NCBI GenBank assembly: GCA_016839765.1
Contig: JAEOTP010000015.1
Location: 93,474-157,473 of the forward strand
Length of the DNA: 64,000 bases
Reading direction: 5' to 3'
Origin: Promethearchaeota archaeon
Lineage (GTDB): Archaea; Asgardarchaeota; Lokiarchaeia; Sigyniarchaeales; SOKP01
Under the pieces are notes generated by a model. The model was not told the origin of the DNA and did no database searches. It was given only the letters and a program-made list of their open reading frames with translations. A program made the position numbers and the translations under genes. Within the stretch, counting starts at the first letter, position 1. The number at the start of each line of letters is the position of its first letter. This document shows, one piece after another, positions 1 through 9,142 of the stretch.

Positions 1-272
1 TTGAAAAAGAAATTTGAAGACCAAAAATTTAGAAAATGTATATCAACGAAATTGGCATTCGCCTTATTTCCATATAATTGAATTTGAAGATTTATTGGAC
101 CAATCCAAGCCGGCCAAAACCAGAAAATAGTTAAAGCTATTAAAATTCCTACAATTAAGAGAGAAGCTATTAATATTTTTTTTATTTTTGGTTTTTTTTT
201 GAAGGGGCGATACTTAAATCTAATATGATTATCATCAAAATTATCTTCTAAACGTGAGGGAAAAAATCCCAT
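1..272 (-). CDS. Partial ORF (N-terminal part, runs off left edge): hypothetical membrane-anchored protein
   Basis: Own minus-strand translation from the ATG (complement of 270-272): MGFFPSRLEDNFDDNHIRFKYRPFKKKPKIKKILIASLLIVGILIALTIFWFWPAW... It stays open to base 1. A basic stretch is followed by one hydrophobic helix. Absent from the ORF track (no stop inside the window). Confidence 0.3.
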   Translation of the reverse strand, partial: MGFFPSRLEDNFDDNHIRFKYRPFKKKPKIKKILIASLLIVGILIALTIFWFWPAWIGPINLQIQLYGNKANANFVDIHFLNFWSSNFFF

Positions 273-405
273 AATATCACCAAATAGTTAGTACTTTATT
301 ACTTAAAATTAAAAATATAAATTTATTTTAGATTATAAAATGCTTTAATAATTAAGATAATTACCATTATTAAGGATTTTTGTTATAAGAAATGAAGTGA
401 ATTAA

Positions 406-801
406 ATGGGGAAAAAAAAGAAAATTCGCGAGGAATTTGACGAAATCTTTAAGAGTGGCAACGAAAAGGCTATCAAAAAAATGTTAGACAAATTTCCGTG
501 GTTACTCGATGAAGTATCTACTGAAATGAACAAATTAATGGAAGATCAACACCAAGTCATTTCTGCTTTAGGTGTAATGGAAGATGAGCTTGGTGGTTCG
601 GTCCCTATTGATGAAATCGTATTTTCTCTAAGAGTTGATTTTGATATTCGTATGTCTGAAGAAAATGTATTGAAAATTTTAACTGAAATTGAAGAGCTTG
701 GATTAGTAAAAAAAGATGTAAATGGTTGGTTATTAACAAATGAGGGAGGAAAAATTTGCGATGATTATCTTAATAAAAATATTCATAAATTAGAGCTCTA
801 A
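406..801 (+). CDS. Small hypothetical protein with C-terminal winged-helix-like segment
   Basis: 131-aa ORF. The C-terminal part (VPIDEIVFSLR...EENVLKILTEIEELGLVKKDVNGWLLTNEG) has the helix-turn-helix plus beta-wing pattern of wHTH domains. No family recognised. Confidence 0.55.
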   Translation: MGKKKKIREEFDEIFKSGNEKAIKKMLDKFPWLLDEVSTEMNKLMEDQHQVISALGVMEDELGGSVPIDEIVFSLRVDFDIRMSEENVLKILTEIEELGLVKKDVNGWLLTNEGGKICDDYLNKNIHKLEL

Positions 802-950
802 TGAAATTTGATATTTTCCTTAAGAAGAATAAATATAAATCTAATTTTAAAATGAGTTTTTAAATGGGTATTGAATTATATTATTTAATTTGGATATAAT
901 AATTATTTTATGAGAATTTTGCGATATTCTTTTCAAACAGATTTTTAAAT

Positions 951-3900
951 TTGATGGTTAACATGAATAATCAAAACAAAGATAAGGATTCAAAAGAAAA
1001 GCTTGATGCAAATGATGATGAAATTCGGGAAAGTGATTTTGATACATTTTTTGCTGATTTAGATAATATAGAAGAGGAAATATCATCTGAAGCATATGAA
1101 TTAGTAGTACACGCATTATCCTTAATTGAGGGGCATTACTATGACGATGCAATAGAAGTTTTACGTCAAGCAATTGGTTTATACAGTCAGATTAATAAAA
1201 ATGCTGAAATAGAAGCCCTCAATAAAAAAATTTCTGAGATATATGTATTAAAAGAGGAATATTTTCGGGAAACTGAGACGGAAACAATCATTGAAGTATT
1301 TGAAAAAGAGGATGATAAGAAAGAATTCTTCAATAAAGCTTATGAGATAATAGAAAAGGGTAAAGAGTTTATGAATCTGGAAAAATTTGAGGACGCACTT
1401 GACAAATATGATGAAGCAATTGAAATATTTCAAAAAATAAATAATAATGATGAAATTGAGAAGGTAAATAAATTCATTGAGGAATGCTACAATAAAAAAG
1501 CTGAATATCTTAAAAGGTCTAAAAAAGAACCCGTCCTTATACAAGAAACTATAAGAATCAAAGCCCAAACTGAATTGAGTGAAGAAGAATTAAAGCAACA
1601 AAGAATTATGGCATTTGAAGAAGCTAAAAGACGAGAAGAAGAAATATCGAATAAAGCCTTCGAAATACTAGGTAAAGCTTCTGAACTTGCTAAAATCCAC
1701 CAATACGATCAAGCAATTAACTTATATTTACGAGGTTCGACATTATTTGAGGATATTAGCTGGTTAAATGAATCTAAAAAGGTAAGAAATACAATTGAAC
1801 AATTAGAAAAACAAAAAGCTAAATTTAATGCAGAAATGGAAGTAAGAAAAGCCCAAGAAGAGAAAATACTTGAAGAACAAAAAGCAGCAGAAATGATTGA
1901 AAAAGCTCAAATTGAAGAACAAATCAGATTTCAAGCTCAAGCAGAAAAATTAGCAGATATAGAAAAAAGGAAAAGGGAAGAGGAACTATTTAAAAATCAG
2001 ATTACGGAAATGATCGATAATGCGGAGAATTTAGCTAGAGAATATGATTTAGCAATGAAGAAAGCAATTAAAAAAGGTTATTTATTAGAAAATTGCGTGT
2101 ATCCAGAGGTTATGGCTATCTATGAAGAAGTAAAGAAAAAGGTAGCCGAGAAGGGTTGGATAGATCAGATAAAAATTTATACTAATCAAATAAGACACTA
2201 CGAAGACTTATTAGATAAAGATAAAAAATTACGTCAAATTGAGGCTCAGAAACTTGAAAAACAAAGGCAATATGAAGATTTACACAAAATTAAAAAAGAA
2301 GAAAGAATTTCAGACTTAGATAATGATAGATTAAAAATATTAGAACAACAACGACGATTGGAAGATGAAGAAGAAGAATTTAGAAAAATGGTTGATCAAA
2401 TGATCAATAATGCGGAAAAGTTAGCGCGGGAATATGATATTAGCTTTAAAAAAGGTATAAAGAAAGGGAATTTAAATTTTGAGTCAAAATATCCCGAGAT
2501 TATAGAAAACTATACCCAAGCTAGAAATTTAGTCTTAGAGAAAGGATTAGATAGAGAAGGAGCTATCTATTCGAACCAAATCCGTAAATATTCAGATTTA
2601 TTTGAAAAAGAGAAGAATGTACGAGAATTAGAAGCCCAAAAAGCTAAAAAACAATTAGAATTTGAAGAAATGAAAAAAGTAAAAAAAGAGGGTGAGATTC
2701 TTGGAACAGATACTCAAAAAATTAAACAAATTGAAGCAAAAAAGAAATTAGAACAAGCTGAAGAAATCTTTGAAACTGAAATTGATCAAATGATAGATGT
2801 TGCAGAAAAAGAAGCACGAGAATATGAACTTGCTATTAAACGCGGTAAATTTGAAAATGAATGCCCCTATCCTAAAATTATTGAAATTTATAAAAATATT
2901 AGAGAAAGAGTCTATGCAAAAGGTTGGACTGAGGAAGCAAAACTCTATACTAATCAAATTATACTTCATCAAGAAAAATTAAAAAAAGATAAAAATTTGC
3001 GTGAATTAGAAGTAGAAAAAGTAAGAAAACAGCAAGAATTTAAAGAATCATTTAAGAAACCTAAAATGGTTAAACTACCAAAAATGGCTAAATTAGAAGA
3101 AATTGAAAAGAGAGATACGCAGGATGAACAGTTGCTAGATGAAGCAATGATTCTTATAAATGAGGCTGAGAATGAGGTAAAAAGTTATGAATTAAGCTTG
3201 AAAAAAGACATTCTTATTTACCAAAGTCCTTATGATAAAGCTATTTCTAATTATAAAAGAGCAAGAAATCTATTTAAACAAGTAGGATGGTCAGAAGAAG
3301 CACATAGATTACTTAACACCATCAACTTTTACAAAGAGAAGAAAGCAAGAGATGATAATTTAAGAGAAATTGAAAAACAAAAATTAAAAAAAGTAAAATT
3401 AGAGGAAGCAAGAGCTAAATATATACCTGAACAAGAACCATTTGCTAGAGAGCAAAAAATTATCGATCTTGAAAAGTTTAAGAAAGAGAAGACTAAAGAT
3501 TCTGAAGCTATATTTAATTTAATCAATAAAGCTGAGAGATTGGCTCAAGAATATGAAGTTAAAAAGAAGGATGGAATTTTAAATATTGATTCTCCATTTC
3601 AAGAAATAATTAATATTTATAAAGATGCGAAAGAACGGTTTGTAGTAATAGGATGGAATGAACAAGCAGGGCAATTAACTAATTCAATTAATTATTATAA
3701 AGAAAAATTAGAAGCAGATAACAGATTGAGAGCTTTAGAAACTCAAAAGTTAGAGCAAGAAAAGAAAAAAGAAACAAAAAGAAAGTTAGAAACACAATTA
3801 GCACGAGAAGCTGAAGCTGAGTTATTGAAGCAAAAAACACAATCGCTCGATTTAAAAAGAAAGCAAGCTTTAGAGTATGAAGCAAAAAAAGAGCAAGCTT

Positions 3901-5084
3901 TCAATTTCATGGATCTAGCAAAAAAAGAAATGAAGCATAATAAATTTGAGAAAGCTATAAGATTTTATAAAGATAGTGAAAAAATCTTTGCTGAAATCAA
4001 TTGGCCAGAAGGAATACGGATGGTAAACGAGTCTATAAAAGTAATAAAAAAGAAAGAGGAAGCTATTGAAAGAGATAAGAAGATTTTAAGACAAAAAGAA
4101 GAGGTGAAGTTGAAGATGGAAGCCCAATTGGAGGAACAAATTACCAAAGCTCAAGATCTTAAAGATTTGCAAGAAAAAAAACGAAGAAAAGAGATATTAG
4201 CAATACAACAACAGCAAGAATATGAAAAAGGAGTATCAGAACAAGCATATAGGTTATTAGAAGATGGAACTGCATTAAAAAAGATAAAGAAATTTGAGGA
4301 AGCTTATGAAAAATATATTATGGGAAGAAATCTCTTTGAAAAAATTGGTTGGGTCCATGAGGTTAGTCGTATTAACAATGATCTTTTATTTATTCTTAAA
4401 AAGGAGATGAAACAAACAGAAAAAATCAGAGCCATGCAAAAACGGAAACTAGAAGAAGAAAAAGAGCTTGAAGTTCTATTAAAGGAGGCTGAAGAAAAAC
4501 GTAAAGAACTTGAAAAAGTTAAAAAAGAAGAAAAAAGAAAGCAGAGAGAATTAATTATACAAGAAAAACTAGATGAGGCAAATAATATTATAAAAGATTT
4601 GAAATATAACGAAGCAATCTTAAAATTCAAAAAGGTTATTAGAAAATTGGAAAAAATCGGTCAAAAAAAACAAATAAAACAAATAAATAAACAAATTGAG
4701 GTATTAAAGAATGCTAGTCAAGTCCCTTTAATTACTGTGGATGATGTTGAGAGTAATGAAAATATGGGTAAATTTAAAATTACTTATGAGGCTTTAGATA
4801 GAGCACAGATATCTTTATCGGGAAATCAATTTATGAAAGCTATCTCAGAACTAAACGAAGCTAACTTCAATTTAAAAGAGACGATCATTGGAACAAAATA
4901 TATTCCGATAATTAAAGAGAAAATTAATGCTTTTAAGAAAGAATTAGGTATTAAAGTAGAAACAGAAGAGAAGGTGAAAATTGAAAAAGCTGAGGATGAA
5001 GAAGATTTTCTGAGAGTAAAAATCGCTGCTCGAAGAGCCGAACGTAGAAAAAGAATAAAAGATTTGTTAGAAAAAAAGGAATAA
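951..5084 (+). CDS. Giant K/E-rich repeat protein with about 12 three-helix TPR/MIT-like modules joined by charged coiled-coil linkers
   Basis: Uninterrupted 1377-aa ORF (TTG at 951, ATG at 954). Recurrent modules, e.g. FFNKAYEIIEKGKEFMNLEKFEDALDKYDEAIEIFQKINNNDEIEKVNKFIEECYNKKAEYLKR. Five longer units share [IL]I[DN]xAExxAREY[DE] ... YPxII..Y ... GW..EA..YTNQI..Y...L.KDKNLRELE.QK. Confidence 0.85.
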   Translation: MMVNMNNQNKDKDSKEKLDANDDEIRESDFDTFFADLDNIEEEISSEAYELVVHALSLIEGHYYDDAIEVLRQAIGLYSQINKNAEIEALNKKISEIYVLKEEYFRETETETIIEVFEKEDDKKEFFNKAYEIIEKGKEFMNLEKFEDALDKYDEAIEIFQKINNNDEIEKVNKFIEECYNKKAEYLKRSKKEPVLIQETIRIKAQTELSEEELKQQRIMAFEEAKRREEEISNKAFEILGKASELAKIHQYDQAINLYLRGSTLFEDISWLNESKKVRNTIEQLEKQKAKFNAEMEVRKAQEEKILEEQKAAEMIEKAQIEEQIRFQAQAEKLADIEKRKREEELFKNQITEMIDNAENLAREYDLAMKKAIKKGYLLENCVYPEVMAIYEEVKKKVAEKGWIDQIKIYTNQIRHYEDLLDKDKKLRQIEAQKLEKQRQYEDLHKIKKEERISDLDNDRLKILEQQRRLEDEEEEFRKMVDQMINNAEKLAREYDISFKKGIKKGNLNFESKYPEIIENYTQARNLVLEKGLDREGAIYSNQIRKYSDLFEKEKNVRELEAQKAKKQLEFEEMKKVKKEGEILGTDTQKIKQIEAKKKLEQAEEIFETEIDQMIDVAEKEAREYELAIKRGKFENECPYPKIIEIYKNIRERVYAKGWTEEAKLYTNQIILHQEKLKKDKNLRELEVEKVRKQQEFKESFKKPKMVKLPKMAKLEEIEKRDTQDEQLLDEAMILINEAENEVKSYELSLKKDILIYQSPYDKAISNYKRARNLFKQVGWSEEAHRLLNTINFYKEKKARDDNLREIEKQKLKKVKLEEARAKYIPEQEPFAREQKIIDLEKFKKEKTKDSEAIFNLINKAERLAQEYEVKKKDGILNIDSPFQEIINIYKDAKERFVVIGWNEQAGQLTNSINYYKEKLEADNRLRALETQKLEQEKKKETKRKLETQLAREAEAELLKQKTQSLDLKRKQALEYEAKKEQAFNFMDLAKKEMKHNKFEKAIRFYKDSEKIFAEINWPEGIRMVNESIKVIKKKEEAIERDKKILRQKEEVKLKMEAQLEEQITKAQDLKDLQEKKRRKEILAIQQQQEYEKGVSEQAYRLLEDGTALKKIKKFEEAYEKYIMGRNLFEKIGWVHEVSRINNDLLFILKKEMKQTEKIRAMQKRKLEEEKELEVLLKEAEEKRKELEKVKKEEKRKQRELIIQEKLDEANNIIKDLKYNEAILKFKKVIRKLEKIGQKKQIKQINKQIEVLKNASQVPLITVDDVESNENMGKFKITYEALDRAQISLSGNQFMKAISELNEANFNLKETIIGTKYIPIIKEKINAFKKELGIKVETEEKVKIEKAEDEEDFLRVKIAARRAERRKRIKDLLEKKE
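1983..3740 (+). repeat. Five tandem in-frame coding repeats (units of about 122-131 aa, about 366-393 nt) inside the giant ORF
   Basis: Units start at aa 345, 476, 605, 727 and 852 of the 951..5084 product. Each has an AREY[DE]/AQEYE helix, a YP/SP loop, a GW motif, an NQI/NTI/NSI helix and an LR.[IL]E.QK linker. Confidence 0.75.
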
Positions 5085-5130
5085 TTAGTTCTTTATTTAA
5101 TTGAATCATAAGAAGAAAAAAAGAAAAAAA

Positions 5131-5346
5131 TTATATTAATTCTTGAATTTGGTTTTCTATATCTGTTTGGATAATACTAGGATTGAGATTCCTTTTTACA
5201 GATTCTTCTATTAGATATTCTGTTTTTATTAAATCTCTAATCCCCACTCGTATAGCTTCTGAGCGATTTGGGAACTTACCTTCTGCAACTAGTATCTCTA
5301 AAACTTTTAAATATGATTCTGGCAAATTAACTGAGATTAACCTCAT
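5131..5346 (-). CDS. Ribbon-helix-helix (CopG/NikR-N-type) DNA-binding protein
   Basis: 71 aa. N-terminal beta strand plus two helices (RLISVNLPESYLKVLEILVAEGKFPNRSEAIRVGIRDLI) is the classic RHH signature. Confidence 0.7.
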   Translation of the reverse strand: MRLISVNLPESYLKVLEILVAEGKFPNRSEAIRVGIRDLIKTEYLIEESVKRNLNPSIIQTDIENQIQELI

Positions 5347-5632
5347 ATACTTTCACACTAGTATATCTGTTTATTTATATTTGATATTACTGACGTATTA
5401 TATTATTATCACGCTCATATATAAAGTTTTCAATGGAAAACGACCCCCAGAAATCCGACAAAAAAAACCTCACTATTTAAAATGAAGTTTACTTAAATTT
5501 GGTTAATAATTTTCTTATTTTAAACCAAGAAATTGAAATATTTAAATATTTTTTTATAGAATTAGAAAAATATATATATATGATATTATATGTAACATGT
5601 AACATAATATAAATTATAAGGAAAAGATAAAA

Positions 5633-5956
5633 ATGTCAAGTATTCAAAATCAATTAAAAGATCATTTAGCTAAAGGCGCCGATTGGGAAAAGATGGAAAC
5701 CCCAGTTCCAGGAGTATATGTAGTTAAAGTCCCTGCAACTAAAACAAGACCAGCATTATTATTTTTAGAGGTTAATCCATTAAAAGATGACGGATCACCT
5801 ATGAAACGTAAAGGATTATTTGTAGGATCTAAAGAAATGTTGATTAAATTCGGTGAAGCTTTAAATGATGATAAGGTTTTTCAATTAATTGGAGAAGTTG
5901 AAAAAGTTAATCCTAAAGAAACAAAAGTTAATTCTACTAAGAAGCTTGAAATGTAA
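5633..5956 (+). CDS. Hypothetical protein
   Basis: 107-aa ORF with normal amino-acid composition. AT-rich promoter-like region upstream. No family recognised. Confidence 0.55.
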   Translation: MSSIQNQLKDHLAKGADWEKMETPVPGVYVVKVPATKTRPALLFLEVNPLKDDGSPMKRKGLFVGSKEMLIKFGEALNDDKVFQLIGEVEKVNPKETKVNSTKKLEM

Positions 5957-6093
5957 TTTCATTTATTTGTAAATTATTTTCTATTTTATTTCAAATTAAT
6001 TATGTAAATCATTTAATTTTAAAAGATATGCTCTATTAATAATTTAAAGAACAGTTATTATTAATACGTATTTAATAAAAGCGAGGAGAAAAA

Positions 6094-6375
6094 ATGACCG
6101 AGGATTTTGATGGAAAACACTGCCAGCAGTGCGGTAGTGAATCATTTCGGCTCGTACATGACGAGTGGATGGCCAGAGCATTTCGATTTGTTGAAAAAGG
6201 ACAATTAAAAATGTGTGATAGCTGTGGTGCAAAATATTTGATTTGTCAACAATGTGGATCATTATTTACACGGGTACATCCAGCCTTAGAAGCATGGGAG
6301 GTCAACCAAAAGTGCGCAGTATGTGGTTATGAGGATCCTGAAGTAAAAGCTTGGGATGGCGTATCTGCTCGCTGA
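6094..6375 (+). CDS. Small zinc-ribbon protein with four CxxC motifs
   Basis: 93 aa containing CQQCGS, CDSCGA, CQQCGS and CAVCGY, i.e. two predicted Zn ribbons. GAGGAG motif a few nt upstream of the ATG. Visibly more GC-rich than its flanks. Confidence 0.65.
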   Translation: MTEDFDGKHCQQCGSESFRLVHDEWMARAFRFVEKGQLKMCDSCGAKYLICQQCGSLFTRVHPALEAWEVNQKCAVCGYEDPEVKAWDGVSAR

Positions 6376-6591
6376 ATGGTTAATCCAAAATTATTGCATT
6401 ACTAGTTATTTTCTTTTTCTTATTTTCTATTAACTTTTTGAATGGGTTATTAAATTTGATATAAATTGATTAACTGAAAAAATTAAAATTTATAAAAGAT
6501 TAGGAAATAAGTAATTAATTAAAGGTCAAGTAAATTTAAATTTTGAAGGAGTATATAATATTTTATTATCCATAAAAGAAAAGAAAAAAAA

Positions 6592-7065
6592 ATGTCAATA
6601 AAAATAGATCTTGCCAGTCCTGAACAAATTGATGCCTTAAGAAAACTTACTAGGCAGCTTGTGGAAGGGTTGGGCCAAGAATTTGATCATAAAAGATTTG
6701 ATTGGGGCATCTCTAGGAGAATTTATGATAAATTGCAAAGGCATGGAATATTAATTGCTATTGATGAGGATAAAGACGATGAAGTAATAGGTATGATTGT
6801 GGCTGAATTGCGAATTGATCCTTTTGGAACCTCTGAAGGATATATTAAACAAGTATTTCTTAAGGAGGATTATCGGGGAAAAGGTATTGGAGAATTGCTT
6901 ATAAAAAAAGCCATTGAACATTTACAAAAAATCAAAGTTGAGAAAGTAAAGGTAAATATTAAAGAGAAAGCAAAAGTAGCAGCCAACCTCTATTCTAAAA
7001 TGCATTTCAAAAAGGTTTATGAAGTTTTAGAATTGGATTTATCAAAAGAAAGATTTGACGATTAA
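6592..7065 (+). CDS. GNAT-family N-acetyltransferase
   Basis: 157 aa. Acetyl-CoA-binding motif A: YRGKGIGELLIKKAIEHL (R/Q-x-x-G-x-G/A). Confidence 0.8.
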   Translation: MSIKIDLASPEQIDALRKLTRQLVEGLGQEFDHKRFDWGISRRIYDKLQRHGILIAIDEDKDDEVIGMIVAELRIDPFGTSEGYIKQVFLKEDYRGKGIGELLIKKAIEHLQKIKVEKVKVNIKEKAKVAANLYSKMHFKKVYEVLELDLSKERFDD

Positions 7066-7091
7066 ATAAATAATATTAAAAAGTTATAATT

Positions 7092-8069
7092 TTGAATAAA
7101 TTAGAAAAACCCTGGGTAGAAAAGTACAGACCAAGGAAATTCGATGAAATTGTTAGTCAAAGCATAGCAGTAAATAATTTACGTAAGTTTACTAATTCTG
7201 GAAATATGCCTCACTTGATTTTTTCTGGACCGGCTGGCACTGGAAAAACAAGCACTGCATTAATTATTGCAAGGGAGATGATTAAAGGGGAGAAGTATAT
7301 TAGAAATGTGCTTGAATTAAACGCTTCAGATACAGTTAGAATGGACTATGTTAGGAGCGTAATTAAGGATTTTGTAAGTCAAAAAATGATAATAGAGGAA
7401 AATTCTTTAAAATTTATAATCCTAGATGAGGCAGACAATATTCCAGGGCAAGTTCAGCAGGCTCTTAGGAGAATAATAGAACAAGCGTCTAGCAATGTTA
7501 AATTTATATTATTGTGTAATTATATTAATCGAATTATTGATCCGATTGTTTCTAGATGTGCTGTATTTAGATTTGTTAATCTGCCTGAAAGTGAAATAAC
7601 TGAAAGATTGAAATATATTACTAAACAAGAGAAAATTAAATTTCCACAGGATAAGCAGGAAATCTTCTATAAAATGCTTTTCTTTATATCTGGTGGTGAT
7701 CTAAGGAGAGCAATTAATACTCTACAAATGTCTGTAGCACTTGAATTAATAGAGAATTTAGATCTGAATGAAATTTTAAGAATATCAGGTTTCTTAGATA
7801 ATACAACTTTAGATAAATTAATTAACACAATTAAAACTAAAGATTTTAAAGCTTCTAAACAAATTATTGAGGGTGTAGGTAATTTTGATAGTCGCAATTT
7901 CATAAAACAGCTAATAAACGTCCTTCCCAAACTTAACATTAATCATCAAAATTTGAATTCGATATTATCATATATTGGTACTATTGATTATCGAGTAAAT
8001 CAAGGTGGAGATAAAAATATTCAATTAACCTCTCTTATTGCTGAAATAATTAAAAGTATTAATAATTAG
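7092..8069 (+). CDS. rfcS: Replication factor C small subunit
   Basis: All RFC boxes present: KPWVEKYRP, Walker A GPAGTGKTS, LELNASD, Walker B IILDEADN, SRC arginine-finger motif, GDLRRAIN. TTG start. Confidence 0.9.
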   Translation: MNKLEKPWVEKYRPRKFDEIVSQSIAVNNLRKFTNSGNMPHLIFSGPAGTGKTSTALIIAREMIKGEKYIRNVLELNASDTVRMDYVRSVIKDFVSQKMIIEENSLKFIILDEADNIPGQVQQALRRIIEQASSNVKFILLCNYINRIIDPIVSRCAVFRFVNLPESEITERLKYITKQEKIKFPQDKQEIFYKMLFFISGGDLRRAINTLQMSVALELIENLDLNEILRISGFLDNTTLDKLINTIKTKDFKASKQIIEGVGNFDSRNFIKQLINVLPKLNINHQNLNSILSYIGTIDYRVNQGGDKNIQLTSLIAEIIKSINN

Positions 8070-8087
8070 CCTTTTATAGTGTTTTAA

Positions 8088-9134
8088 TTGAGTAAAGAAA
8101 TTCCGATTTGGCGAGTTAAATATTTTCCAAACACATTAGAACAAATATGTGGAAGGGAGAAATTAAAAGGAAGGTTAAATAGTTTTATTAAATCAAACAA
8201 CTTTCCTCACCTATTACTAGCTGGTCCAGAGGGTATTGGAAAAACCACTATAGCTACATTATTTTCAAAAGCATTTTTAGGTGATTTATTTAATCCAAAT
8301 TTCAGGATAGTATACGCAGATATACCTCTGACAAGCGAAGAAAGGAAACAAGCTCGGACTGAAGCATATGTTTCAAAAAGCAAAATTGGGAGCTTAGCAG
8401 GAAGGACAATTACTACTCCCGCATTTTTACAATTGAAAATTAAACCATTTATCCAATTAAAAGTATTTGGAGGTGCTTCGTTTAAAATCTTAATTATAAA
8501 AAATTTTGAAGCGTTGGGTTCAAATCAGCAAGGATTTCGACGTTTAATGGAGAGTTATGGGACTAATTGTCGTATGATTTTAATCACAACTAACATTTCA
8601 AGTATTATTGACCCTATTATCAGTCGTTGCCAACTTTTAATAATTTCTGCAGCCGATTATACCTCGTTTAAAAATCTAATTCTTGATATTGCTAATAAGG
8701 AATCATTAATCGTTAAGAATAAAACGATTGAATTGCTTTATAGAATAACCGAGGGTAAAATATCTAATGCTATTGATTTATTGCAACTAAGCAGCATAAA
8801 TAGTAAAAATGTTGATCTAAATAAACTATATGATAATTTAATTAGCTCACAAAACGAATTAATTAGAAGTTTATTATTATTATCCTTTAAGGGAGATTTT
8901 TCAAAAGCAAGAGAATTATCTCGTAATATTCAAGCTAGTTACAGATATACAGCTCATGAAATTTTTAAATTATTACTCAATGAGTTATTAAAGCTACCAC
9001 TTAGTACGTTTAGCAAGTGTAAATTAATTGATTTAATTGCAAACGCAGATTTTAGAGCAATTGATGGTTTAGATTCAGATATTCAAGTCTCTAATCTAAT
9101 AGCTAAAATTTGTTATTTTTCAGAATTTATATAG
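8088..9134 (+). CDS. Divergent RFC small-subunit paralogue with degenerate Walker B
   Basis: Retained: Walker A GPEGIGKTT and SRCQLL. Degenerate: box II (WRVKYFP), DEAD replaced by KNFE (nt 8499-8510), no LELNASD box. The Walker A to Walker B spacing is roughly 25 residues longer than in the upstream gene. Confidence 0.75.
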   Translation: MSKEIPIWRVKYFPNTLEQICGREKLKGRLNSFIKSNNFPHLLLAGPEGIGKTTIATLFSKAFLGDLFNPNFRIVYADIPLTSEERKQARTEAYVSKSKIGSLAGRTITTPAFLQLKIKPFIQLKVFGGASFKILIIKNFEALGSNQQGFRRLMESYGTNCRMILITTNISSIIDPIISRCQLLIISAADYTSFKNLILDIANKESLIVKNKTIELLYRITEGKISNAIDLLQLSSINSKNVDLNKLYDNLISSQNELIRSLLLLSFKGDFSKARELSRNIQASYRYTAHEIFKLLLNELLKLPLSTFSKCKLIDLIANADFRAIDGLDSDIQVSNLIAKICYFSEFI

Positions 9135-9142
9135 GTGATTTA

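Noticed and set aside
958-4630. Track ORFs inside the giant gene: seven antisense (958-1173, 1248-1568, 2748-2972, 3329-3526, 3688-3885, 3965-4147, 4304-4630) and one alternative-frame sense ORF (2797-2982)
   Set aside because: They lie entirely within the 1377-aa repeat ORF. Their F/S/L/I-rich low-complexity translations are what the complement or a shifted frame of K/E-rich codons produces. None has start-site or family support.
5183-5485. 100-aa plus-strand ORF
   Set aside because: It is antisense to the RHH gene and extends into an AT-rich spacer. The composition is low-complexity, and the RHH frame has a clear family signature.
6044-6262. 72-aa minus-strand ORF
   Set aside because: It is antisense to the four-CxxC zinc-ribbon gene, which has the more convincing motif structure and an RBS.
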